From positions 147,202 to 211,201 of the IMG/VR virus record IMGVR_UViG_3300049846_000628: 64,000 nucleotides of DNA; one strand, given 5' to 3'. The stretch's first letter is position 1; every line of letters starts with the position of its first letter. Shown here piece after piece: positions 29,642-38,118 of the stretch. The notes beneath the pieces are model-generated. The model saw only the letters and a program-made list of their open reading frames with translations, was not told the DNA's origin and searched no databases. Position numbers and translations under genes: made by a program.

Positions 29642-29675
29642 TTATAAATAATAGTATATTATTAAAATATAAAAA

Positions 29676-30335
29676 ATGAGTGAATATTATACATATGCCT
29701 ATTTGCAAAATAATGGGTTTCCATATTATATTGGAAAAGGCAAAGGAAATAGATTATATGATCATAGAGGTAAAAATTGCAATCCACCAAAAGATAAAAG
29801 TAGAATAATAAAATTAAAACAAAATATAACTGAAGAAGAAGCGTTTAAGCACGAAATTTATATGATTGCTTTATTTGGAAAAAAATGTGATAATACAGGC
29901 ATTTTAATGAATATTGCAGATGGTGGAAATGCTCCTCCAACATACTATGGAGAAGATAGTCCAACAAAAAGGTCTGAAGTTAGAGCAAAAATTGGTGCTG
30001 CAAATAAAGTAAGTTTGAAGGGAAGAAAAATTCCAGAAGAGGTAAGAAAAAAGCAATCAAATACTTGGAAAGAGAAATTAAAAAATAATCCAAGACCAAT
30101 ATCATATTATACTGAAAATTTAAAAAAAATGGCAGAAAGAAATCGTAATGATAAAAAAAAGCATAGAAAACATAGTGAAATGATGAAAGGCAGACCAAGT
30201 GCCAATAGAAAACCTGTCATTTATGATAGAAAAATATATGCATCTATGACTGAAGCCATAGAAAAGACAAAACTATCTCGTTATCTTATCTTAAAAAATG
30301 GTGGAATGTTCCTTAATAAAGAAGATATCAAATAA
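29676..30335 (+). mobile_element. free-standing GIY-YIG homing endonuclease
   Basis: YYTYAYLQNNGFPYYIGKGKGNR; basic NUMOD-like tail; very AT-rich; sits between gp4 and gp2. Confidence 0.85.
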
Positions 30336-30712
30336 TGCCTAGAAAGACACTTCAACAAAGAAAAATAAATCGCGTTGCTCCTCTTGTTAAAAAACTGATT
30401 GGAACAGAGAATCCTGATGATTTAATGCTTCAACTGTTAAGTGTACTAACAGAAACAAGCGAACCACCTAGAGTTGGTAGATTTTATATTTTTGTTTATA
30501 ATGCTAAGACTACCAGTATAAGATATGATCAGAATCCATTTGTTGTCGTAACTGCAGTTTATGGATGGGGATTTAGAGGAATTAACTATCACTGGGGTGA
30601 AGAAAGGCAATATACTTGGGATGAGATTGCTGGGGGAATGTATGAAGTGTATAAGGAAGAAGTGGGTGATCTAAGAAGGATACCATTTGGAAATATCCGT
30701 CTAAATAGTTAG
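30335..30712 (+). CDS. gp2: DNA end protector-like protein
   Basis: FYIFVYNAKT...YDQNPFV...GFRGINYHW; cyanophage gene order gp4-gp2-gp48-gp53. Confidence 0.7.
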   Translation: MPRKTLQQRKINRVAPLVKKLIGTENPDDLMLQLLSVLTETSEPPRVGRFYIFVYNAKTTSIRYDQNPFVVVTAVYGWGFRGINYHWGEERQYTWDEIAGGMYEVYKEEVGDLRRIPFGNIRLNS

Positions 30713-30721
30713 AAAACATAA

Positions 30722-31762
30722 ATGGCGGACTCATATACAACTGGACAAAGTATTAGTTCATACGGTTCATTTGGAACCACTTCGCCTACTTCTAATTCTA
30801 CTACTATTACTTCTGGACAAAGTATTAGTGAGTTTGGATCTTTTCAATCTCCTGGAAATACAAAAACGAGTTATTTTAATTATAGATATCCACTCACAAA
30901 ACTTACATCAGCAGACGATTATTTAAAGATTGATATATTTGAATATATTCCTCCAGGATTTGAATCTGCAGAAGGAAATTTTGCATTGCCATCTTCAGAT
31001 ACTGTGGGATATAATAATCCTATAGGAACGATTATGCTTCCAGTTCCAGAAAGTATCGGAGATAATAATTATACTAATTGGGGAACAAGTGAATTTAATC
31101 CACTTCAAGCAGCAGCTGCTAGAGTTGCTGGTGGTGTAATTGACGCGAAAACAGCGCAAGATGCACTCAATACAATGACTGGAGAAGTTGATAGAGTTTT
31201 TAAAGCAGCAAAATCTGGAACAACTCAAAAATATTTACAAGCACTTGGAATTAGTTTTGCTTCAAACATTGTTCTTGGTCGTGGAAGTGTAGGGAACATA
31301 AATGAAGTAGCATCCCGTTATGCTGGTGTAGTCGTTAACTCTAACGTTGAACTAGTCTTTACTGGCGTTAAACTGAGAGATGGATTTGTTTTTACTTTTG
31401 ATATCGTTCCTCGTTCCAAGAAAGAATCAGACGAAGTTAAAAAAATTATCAAAACTTTCAAACAAGCAAGTGCTGCTAAAAAAGGAGTTACGGGAGCAGG
31501 AGCTGCTGGATTGTTCTTAAAAGCACCAAATGTATTTAAGATTCAATATATGAGTGGAGGTAGACCACACCCATACTTAAATAAATTTAAAATATGCGCT
31601 CTTCAAGGAGTTGGTGTTGACTATACAGGATCTGGAACTTATGCTACTTACTCAGATTCTACGCCAGTTAATATGAAATTAACTTTAGCATTCCAAGAAC
31701 TCACACCAATTTATGCTGAAGATTATGATACTGCAGAGGGTCAACAAGGAGTTGGTTACTAA
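30722..31762 (+). CDS. gp48: baseplate tail tube cap
   Basis: YRYP...DYLKIDIFEY; NSNVELVFTG...FTFDIVPRSKKES...IIKTFK; FLKAPNVFKIQY; CTAAATA at 30701. Confidence 0.9.
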   Translation: MADSYTTGQSISSYGSFGTTSPTSNSTTITSGQSISEFGSFQSPGNTKTSYFNYRYPLTKLTSADDYLKIDIFEYIPPGFESAEGNFALPSSDTVGYNNPIGTIMLPVPESIGDNNYTNWGTSEFNPLQAAAARVAGGVIDAKTAQDALNTMTGEVDRVFKAAKSGTTQKYLQALGISFASNIVLGRGSVGNINEVASRYAGVVVNSNVELVFTGVKLRDGFVFTFDIVPRSKKESDEVKKIIKTFKQASAAKKGVTGAGAAGLFLKAPNVFKIQYMSGGRPHPYLNKFKICALQGVGVDYTGSGTYATYSDSTPVNMKLTLAFQELTPIYAEDYDTAEGQQGVGY

Positions 31763-32412
31763 TGTCTTACTTCAGAGAACTTCCAAACTTACAATACCAA
31801 TCATTTCTTCCAGATAGTCAATCGTCAGATGATTACATTCTGATTAAAAATCTATTTCGTCGCGTAAAACTTCGTGATGATCTTCAGAATGTCTTTACCG
31901 TGTTTGATAAGTATGAAATTGTTGATGGTGCTCGCCCAGACACAGTTGCAGAAGAAGTTTATGGTAGTTCCCAATATGATTGGGTTGTTATCATTGGTGC
32001 TGGTATTACACGAGTCAGAGATGAATGGCCTCTAAGTGATAAAGAACTTTATGATTATGCTGTCGAATTATATGGTGATGATTTAAATAGCATTCATCAT
32101 TATGAAACAACAGAAGTAAAAGATTCGAAAGGAAGACTCATCCTACCTGCTGGGAAAGTAGTTGATCCAACTTTTACAATTTCTGATCCTGCAGTTCCAA
32201 CAACGACATTAAACCCTGTGGTTGGAATAAGTAACTATGAATATGAAGTTCTAAGAAATAATAAAAAAAGATCTATCTATATTCTAAAACCACAATACTT
32301 ACAGCAAGTTCTTTTAGATACAAGAAGAGAGATGACTTACGACCAGTCATCTCAATATGTAAGTAATAACGTAATTAAGACTGAAAATACTAAATCATCA
32401 AACCCATTTTAG
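31762..32412 (+). CDS. gp53: baseplate wedge subunit
   Basis: MSYFRELPN...KNLFRRVKLR...GARPDTVAEEVYGSSQYDWVV...EWP...IHHYET. Confidence 0.9.
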   Translation: MSYFRELPNLQYQSFLPDSQSSDDYILIKNLFRRVKLRDDLQNVFTVFDKYEIVDGARPDTVAEEVYGSSQYDWVVIIGAGITRVRDEWPLSDKELYDYAVELYGDDLNSIHHYETTEVKDSKGRLILPAGKVVDPTFTISDPAVPTTTLNPVVGISNYEYEVLRNNKKRSIYILKPQYLQQVLLDTRREMTYDQSSQYVSNNVIKTENTKSSNPF

Positions 32413-32988
32413 ATTTAAGTTCTTATCAAAGATCATTACATATCGGTGCTTGCGGGAGCGTTCTTTCCACTCTCCTTCAGCACCTTTTACTTTTCCGCGA
32501 GAGTGTTTAGTTCCGTCTGCAAAGTAGAAATCTTTTTTTGGATCTGTGAGACCTGCATACTTAAAGTTACAAGCCCGATAGATTGTACCACTATGCAAAC
32601 TGCTATCAGCATAAGATATAATTGCTGATACTTTTGTGTCCTTCCGAAACTGTTTAATCGCTTTTGCAACGAACCAAGAAGTAATGTTGTACTCTTGTGA
32701 CTGGACATCTGGATGGATACAAAGTCTGGAGAGTTCAAAGAGTCCTTGTTGTTCATTTCTTTCTAACCCAAACGCTCCTTGTGCTATTTCTGGAACAGGG
32801 AGTCCAGTAAAAATACAAACTCCCTGGATACCACCTATATTTAACGGACAGAACTCATTTTTCTTGAAAAGACCGTAGTTATATCCTGATTTAAAATCTT
32901 TTGAAATATCTTTGAGATAATGAAACCGCAGAAGTAACTCTGCGGCTTCGGATTTACTTACACGGTCAATGTAGTAATCGGATTTCAC
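32398..32988 (-). CDS. mom: Mom-like GNAT-fold DNA modification protein
   Basis: HYL...GVCIF...LFELSRLC...SWFVAKAIK...IISYADS..H.GTIYRACNF pattern of the phage Mu Mom family. Confidence 0.75.
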   Translation of the reverse strand: MKSDYYIDRVSKSEAAELLLRFHYLKDISKDFKSGYNYGLFKKNEFCPLNIGGIQGVCIFTGLPVPEIAQGAFGLERNEQQGLFELSRLCIHPDVQSQEYNITSWFVAKAIKQFRKDTKVSAIISYADSSLHSGTIYRACNFKYAGLTDPKKDFYFADGTKHSRGKVKGAEGEWKERSRKHRYVMIFDKNLNLKWV

Positions 32989-33908
32989 TCCTCAGCAAGA
33001 CGTGCGAAATAACTGAGTGCATCATCATCTTCATCCTCTTCTACTGCCGCAGCACGGCGGGTAGGTTGAAGATTGTTGAGTTCAGTGCGAAGATCTTCAT
33101 CAAGATCTTTCACAGGACCACGGGTGTTATCCTCATCAAACTCTTCAGGATCCTGATAACGGGGAGTACCTTTATTACCCAGCACATAGTCCAGACGCTT
33201 TTTCAGTTCATCATAAGATTTGAACTGATCAGCAGCAATATGCTCAGCAAGAGAATATTGCTTACGCCATACTGCTTCCAGAGCCTCATCATCGTCTAGA
33301 AGAGGAGAAGGATTAGCAAACTCACTGGAATCATAGTTACGATAACCAGCAACGTTCTTCGCCTTCAGTTTGAAGTTAGCACCCTTCCAGAAGTCAAAGG
33401 GATCAATTGCTTCCTCATCTTCAAACTCAGGTTGCATTGCAGCAGTGAGTTTATCAAAGATCTTCTTACCATACTTGAACAGGAAGACCTTACCTTCGTT
33501 TGCAGGATTAGCAGGATCCTTCACCACATAGATGTTGGACACATAGGTGAGTTTACGCTTCTGCTTACGGGCAAGTTCTTTACCAGCATCAGTACCGTTG
33601 TTCCACAGTTCGGAGTTCAGTTCCGACACGGGATCCTTCTGACCCAGAGTAGTCAGAGAATTCTCAATATACCAACCACCAGGACCTTGGAATGCGTGAC
33701 TGTAGAGTTTCACGAAGGGCAGGTCTTCACCTTCGGGAGCGGGAAGGAAACGGATAACGGCATAACCATTGCCGCTTTTATCTACATCCAGTTTCCACAG
33801 ACGGTCATCACTAGAACCGCTGTTAGTATTCATTTTTTCAACTTCCTTGACCAGTTTGGCGGTCAGGGAACCAAGTTTAGACTGTTTCTTAAGATCGGCA
33901 AAGCCCAT
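32985..33908 (-). CDS. gp32: single-stranded DNA-binding protein
   Basis: DDRLWKLDVDKSGNGYAVIRFLP...HAFQGPGGWYIENSLTT...GANFKLK...acidic C-terminus SYFARLAEE. Confidence 0.97.
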   Translation of the reverse strand: MGFADLKKQSKLGSLTAKLVKEVEKMNTNSGSSDDRLWKLDVDKSGNGYAVIRFLPAPEGEDLPFVKLYSHAFQGPGGWYIENSLTTLGQKDPVSELNSELWNNGTDAGKELARKQKRKLTYVSNIYVVKDPANPANEGKVFLFKYGKKIFDKLTAAMQPEFEDEEAIDPFDFWKGANFKLKAKNVAGYRNYDSSEFANPSPLLDDDEALEAVWRKQYSLAEHIAADQFKSYDELKKRLDYVLGNKGTPRYQDPEEFDEDNTRGPVKDLDEDLRTELNNLQPTRRAAAVEEDEDDDALSYFARLAEE

Positions 33909-33950
33909 TTAGATACCTCGGATAGTTTGGATTCGGGGGATTACTCGGAT

Positions 33951-33979
33951 AGTATAACAGGGTTTCTCTCAGCGGTCAA
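33951..33979 (-). promoter_or_regulatory. sigma70 promoter TTGACC-17-TATACT for gene 32
   Basis: Consensus hexamers with 17-nt spacer. Confidence 0.75.
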
Positions 33980-34301
33980 TGTATTGCTTGAGAGATTCAA
34001 TCGTCTTGTTCATACTACTGAATAAAACTTGCATATCAGTCTCTGGTGGGAAACCCATCAGGGCAACTGACTTGCGTAGGTTCTCTTTCATTTCAACCGC
34101 TTGAGGGTCGTCTGAAAGGGATAACCTAGTATACATCACTCTCTGCTTTTCTAGCAAGAGCTCAAGTTTCTCAATGTGTTTCAATTTGGTCTCACGGGGC
34201 ATTCCACCGAAAGTTAAAATACTTCCGTAGATTTCTTCTTGTAACTTATTAATTTCTTTCAGTTCTTCCTGAATGATATCTGAGTCAAAAAAGTTACTCA
34301 T
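33969..34301 (-). CDS. conserved cyanophage protein upstream of gene 32
   Basis: MSNFFDSDIIQEEL...QRVMYTRLSLSDDP; recalled from cyanomyoviruses. Confidence 0.75.
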   Translation of the reverse strand: MSNFFDSDIIQEELKEINKLQEEIYGSILTFGGMPRETKLKHIEKLELLLEKQRVMYTRLSLSDDPQAVEMKENLRKSVALMGFPPETDMQVLFSSMNKTIESLKQYIDR

Positions 34302-34353
34302 CTATGATTTCCCGTAAAATTTTCTTATAATTGAACACATCAATATTTAGAAA
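34294..34353 (-). pseudogene. stranded original 3' end of gene 59 (FLNIDVFNYKKILREIIDE*)
   Basis: Manual translation; 10/18 identical to the present gp59 tail; stop overlaps ATG of the next gene. Confidence 0.8.
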
Positions 34354-34652
34354 CTGTTTTTTATCCTTTGTTTTCTTTCTCTTGCCCGTTTTTTACGGGT
34401 TTCCCTATCTTTATTATTTTCCCAATACCTCTTTTTTTCTCTAGCCCGTCTAGCTAAAACTTGTTCTTCAGTTAATCCCTTTGCCCACCTTTTCTTTTCA
34501 TAATCTGGATTTTTTTCTCTCCATTTTTGACGAGATTGTTCTCTTTGAACTTCTCTAGATGGAAATTTTTCAGAATCTGTAATTGATATGTCTTCTATAA
34601 AGTCAGGACCATCAATATTAAGGGCACGGTTAATACCTGATACATTTAACAT
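34347..34652 (-). mobile_element. basic 101-aa ORF of an insert in gene 59; no nuclease motif
   Basis: Arg/Lys-rich C-half; lies between new and old gene 59 tails; own promoters. Confidence 0.65.
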
Positions 34653-34661
34653 ATTCTTTTA

Positions 34662-34737
34662 GTAGGGGTAATACTATTTATATTGTAAAGGCGGGACTTA
34701 CACAAGTCAAATACCCCTACCCGACTTTGCTGCCCGC
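34662..34737 (-). promoter_or_regulatory. insert control region: TTGACT-17-TACAAT, overlapping late TATAAATA, nested inverted repeats
   Basis: -35 at 34705-34710, -10 at 34682-34687, TATAAATA 34675-34682, GTAGGGGTA/TACCCCTAC arms 34662-34670 and 34712-34720, plus GGCGGG/CCCGCC. Confidence 0.7.
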
Positions 34738-34740
34738 CAA

Positions 34741-35337
34741 TTATAAAATTATTTCTTTGAGTATTTTTTTATAACTAGAAATATCTACTTGAATGAAAGG
34801 AGAATACTTCTTAATCTTTAAGGAAACACACTCCCACACTGGGTCCAAAAGTTTCTTATCAAAATCTACGGAGAAACGGAATATTTTTTCGTAGATTGTT
34901 AAAGTTTCTAGCGATAACTGCCCGCTTAGAAACTTTTTGAGGACTATTGGATGCCCCTTTGAACAATTCAAAGCATCCTCTAATTTTGTCCCCAAGAACA
35001 ATTCGCTGCTTTGTTCTTTGAATAAGTAACTCAAACTCTGTTGTCTTCGCATCCACTCTGAGTATGTTCTTTCTCCAGAATTGATAATTTCTCCAATCCA
35101 TAAGTTCTGTGGGTTATCTGCTGATACAAAGTTTGATACTAGAAAATCTATAATTTCTTTATCTGAAAATTTGCGACTTGTGCGTTCGAAAAAATATTTA
35201 TCTTTGCGTCGATTAAACGAAGTCATACTCGCACGAGTCTTCGCACCATACTTAAAGAAGTCGTATTTGGGGTTTGTGAAATGATTTTTTAAAGACAAAT
35301 AATGTTGATAGGTTTCAAAGGGTGTCACTTTCAGCAT
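34741..35337 (-). CDS. gp59: helicase loader
   Basis: YLSLKNHFTNPKYDFFKYG...FNRRKDKYFFE...FLVSNFV...WIG. Confidence 0.9.
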   Translation of the reverse strand: MLKVTPFETYQHYLSLKNHFTNPKYDFFKYGAKTRASMTSFNRRKDKYFFERTSRKFSDKEIIDFLVSNFVSADNPQNLWIGEIINSGERTYSEWMRRQQSLSYLFKEQSSELFLGTKLEDALNCSKGHPIVLKKFLSGQLSLETLTIYEKIFRFSVDFDKKLLDPVWECVSLKIKKYSPFIQVDISSYKKILKEIIL

Positions 35338-35524
35338 CTACAAATCCAGCAAATTCAATATCTTCAATACAATCAACTGTGACTTGGTGTTCACCAATAC
35401 GATACCAGTGTTGATTGAGACCCAAAGTATCTGGATAATAACCAAGATATTCTAAGTCATTCGATTTATTTTCACGCAACCAAGCTTGAAGGCGATGGTG
35501 CATTAGTTCATCACGAGAAATCAT
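35315..35524 (-). CDS. hypothetical protein
   Basis: ORF track; between gp33 and gp59. Confidence 0.6.
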   Translation of the reverse strand: MISRDELMHHRLQAWLRENKSNDLEYLGYYPDTLGLNQHWYRIGEHQVTVDCIEDIEFAGFVDAESDTL

Positions 35525-35781
35525 AGGGGCAACTTCGCACGCGATGTTTTCTTCATAAAGTTAAGACGAATAGCGTCCCACTTTAACCGTTCCTTTAAAG
35601 GTTTTGAAATGAGTTTTGTTACTGATTCTACTTCAAGATTATTGATTTCGCAATAATGAACAATCGCATCAATATAATTGAGGTTTTCTTCAACAACAAT
35701 CTTTTCAATCTCAAGAGCAAACTTGGAAGGAGTTAGAAACTTGTTCTCAATAACTTGTTCTAGTTCTTTATTCGTTTCCAT
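35521..35781 (-). CDS. gp33: late transcription coactivator
   Basis: FALEIEKIV...YIDAIVHYCE...ISKPLKERLKWDAIRLNFMK; ATG at 35781. Confidence 0.85.
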   Translation of the reverse strand: METNKELEQVIENKFLTPSKFALEIEKIVVEENLNYIDAIVHYCEINNLEVESVTKLISKPLKERLKWDAIRLNFMKKTSRAKLPL

Positions 35782-36451
35782 AGAGTTCCAGTTTATCTCT
35801 AACAAACTTTCTAATGTATTCTGTGAGAAGTTTGATGTATTTTGATTTGTTTCGTTCTTCATAGACGACGCATTCTCCATTTTCACAAGCCATAATGATT
35901 ACAAGTTTTTTGACTGAAATACCAGTCAGTTCGTATAGCATACATCCGTAAGCCATACATTGAACAAAATAATGTTCGATCCACTCTCGTGGTTTTGGTT
36001 TTTTAGAAGTCTTAAAGTCGATTATTGCTAGTTCACCATCGTATTCGGCAATGCAGTCAACAGTTCCAGCAATGCCTAGTTGTTTACTATATAAAGACCC
36101 TTCAAGGGCGTAAATATTATTTATACGATTTAAATCTGTCTTTGCAATCTTAAACAGAAAGTCAGATATTGGTTGAACGGGGGGCAGATTTTTATTGTAA
36201 AGATAATTCTCTACAAGAGTATGCATATCAGTTCCACGACTTGTTGCCGCTTTTGTGATACGCTCTGCCTCTTCATTCCCAACTTTCTTTCTCCAATTAA
36301 CAAAAATTTCTTTATTAAAATGACTGGTCACCGAAGTGATGGAGACCAGTCGGAGAAGTTCTTCTTCTGTGGGAACTTTGTAATACCTTACACCATCAAT
36401 AGTCTCCCTTTCAAGGTCGGGGAGGTCAATATCAATATGTTTGAACATCAA
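35768..36451 (-). CDS. PD-(D/E)xK exonuclease (RecB/Cas4-like phage family)
   Basis: RGTDMH...E..LYS..LGIAGTVDCIAE...IIDFKTS...QCMAY. Confidence 0.85.
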   Translation of the reverse strand: MMFKHIDIDLPDLERETIDGVRYYKVPTEEELLRLVSITSVTSHFNKEIFVNWRKKVGNEEAERITKAATSRGTDMHTLVENYLYNKNLPPVQPISDFLFKIAKTDLNRINNIYALEGSLYSKQLGIAGTVDCIAEYDGELAIIDFKTSKKPKPREWIEHYFVQCMAYGCMLYELTGISVKKLVIIMACENGECVVYEERNKSKYIKLLTEYIRKFVRDKLELYGNE

Positions 36452-37203
36452 AAACCAGCTTCCATTTTTGCAAGGATGTATTCTTTAACAAGTCCAGAGC
36501 GGACAATATCATCTACACCAAATTCAATTATATCAAAGGAAGGCATTTTACGCAATACCGTCATAAAGTCTACAATACCATTGCGTTCATTTGTTTTCTG
36601 CAAGTCAGACTGAGAAGCATCACCACAGAAACAAATTTTAGTATTTTCACCAACACGAGTGATGATTGAATCTAATTCGTGGAAATTGAGGTTTTGGAAT
36701 TCATCTACAATGATAATGGAATTATCCAAAGTTGTTCCACGAAGGAATGAAGTTGACCAGAACTTAATCGTTTCTTGTGCTTTAAGATTTCCATAAAGCA
36801 TTTCAAACTCGCTGTCGCTAGGCATTTGGAACATATACTTCACCATATTCTTATAGGGAATCTGGTAGATGTCTGCCTTATCATCGTGAGAACCAGGAAG
36901 AAATCCAATTTCACGAGTAGCAACTAAAGAACGAACAATGTAGACTTTTTCGTAAGGACTTCTTTCGTTCAATACATCTTGAATAGCATTATAGAGTGTG
37001 ATAAAAGTCTTACCAGTTCCAGCGCACCCATAAGCGACGATATGCTTTTGGTCTTTATAAGAATCAAATAATCTTTTTTGATTATCTGTGAGTGGTTCAA
37101 TATCTACAAGATATTCAGAACTTAATGGTTTTCTACGCTTCATTTGACGGGTTGTTAAACCAACCCCTATTGGTTGGTCGTTCGTCCTTTTTCTTCTAGC
37201 CAT
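36448..37203 (-). CDS. phoH: PhoH-family ATPase
   Basis: GCAGTGKT, REIGFLPG, FLRGTTLD, IIVDEFQN, GDASQSDL, DIVRSGLV. Confidence 0.95.
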   Translation of the reverse strand: MARRKRTNDQPIGVGLTTRQMKRRKPLSSEYLVDIEPLTDNQKRLFDSYKDQKHIVAYGCAGTGKTFITLYNAIQDVLNERSPYEKVYIVRSLVATREIGFLPGSHDDKADIYQIPYKNMVKYMFQMPSDSEFEMLYGNLKAQETIKFWSTSFLRGTTLDNSIIIVDEFQNLNFHELDSIITRVGENTKICFCGDASQSDLQKTNERNGIVDFMTVLRKMPSFDIIEFGVDDIVRSGLVKEYILAKMEAGF

Positions 37204-37204
37204 A

Positions 37205-37804
37205 TTAGAGTTTTTGATGATTTGCTATTTTTAAAATATGGTTCATAAATGAAGAAACATTCATATCACTTTTCATATAGTTACATTTAGTACAACAGGG
37301 GACACAATTTTCTTTTTCATATCCTCTCATACTATCTATTCGGTCAATTCCATTGTAAGGAACAGGAACACCTACATATTTCCCCCTACCTCTGTGAGGT
37401 TGCTTTAACTCTGGTTCTGAACCACAATAATAACAATTTCGTTTAATAATTTCAAGATATTCTTCTTTTGATAAATCAAAATTTATATTTCTAGTTTTTG
37501 CTCCAGATTGATATTGTTCGTAAATGTATCTATAGACACTTTCTGGTTTTCTTCTTTTTTGAGCATTAAAGTTGTTTCTGTAAGTATGTTTGCAACCACA
37601 ACTTTTTGCTCTGTCTAGTTCATTTTTACACACAAAACTATCATATCTAAAAACTTTTTCTGTTCCACAAACACATCTACACAAAAGTTTTTTTCTTTTT
37701 CTGCCATTTGAATAAGTTTCATAAAAAGGATTAGATATAACTTCAAGATGATAAAATTTATCGCCCACCTTTATCTCAGGGTGTTTTTTATATTCTCTAG
37801 TCAT
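37205..37804 (-). mobile_element. free-standing HNH homing endonuclease
   Basis: CRCVCG...SCGC N-terminal module; CYYCG...GIDRIDSMRGYEKENCVPCCTKCNYMK HNH core. Confidence 0.85.
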
Positions 37805-37859
37805 ATTATAAACCAGGTTGGAATGTTTAAATTATTTATATTATAACCTGGTTTATAAT
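37805..37859 (-). promoter_or_regulatory. 15-bp perfect inverted repeat abutting the HNH start codon, late promoter in the loop
   Basis: ATTATAAACCAGGTT 37805-37819 / AACCTGGTTTATAAT 37845-37859; TATAAATA 37833-37840. Confidence 0.8.
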
Positions 37860-38092
37860 TTTTTTACTGTTGATCCTGGAGCTCTGCTGGCTTTTTCAAG
37901 GACAGTGTTCCAGGAAGGATGTTTGGAGGTGAGTTTATTCCTCCAATCACCCACTTCACCAACATTCATTTGTGTTGGAATAAGTGGTTTAAGGTGAGGA
38001 TTTTCTTTAAGATATGGTTCCTTTTCTGCCATAAGCATCCATTTTTCAAAGATTTCACCAGTTTCTGTATTTTCAAATCTATAGGTCGGCAT
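37853..38092 (-). CDS. conserved small protein with FmdB-like N-terminus (MPTYRFEN..TGE.FE)
   Basis: ORF track; usual neighbour of phoH in cyanomyoviruses. Confidence 0.75.
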   Translation of the reverse strand: MPTYRFENTETGEIFEKWMLMAEKEPYLKENPHLKPLIPTQMNVGEVGDWRNKLTSKHPSWNTVLEKASRAPGSTVKKL

Positions 38093-38118
38093 AAAGTTAC
38101 GAATTCAAGATAATTTAT

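Noticed and set aside
33432-34025. 197-aa plus-strand ORF opposite gene 32
   Set aside because: Shadow ORF expected from the codon bias of a highly expressed gene.
34354-34797. Group I intron in gene 59 (boundaries CCT| and ...CAG| fit the U/G splice rule)
   Set aside because: Only about 140 nt lie outside the ORF, no P7/J8-7 core is recognisable, and gp59 is complete without splicing. RT-PCR would settle it.
35768-36451. Cas4 as sign of a CRISPR system
   Set aside because: It is the usual stand-alone PD-(D/E)xK exonuclease between phoH and gene 33; no Fe-S cysteine pattern or array seen.
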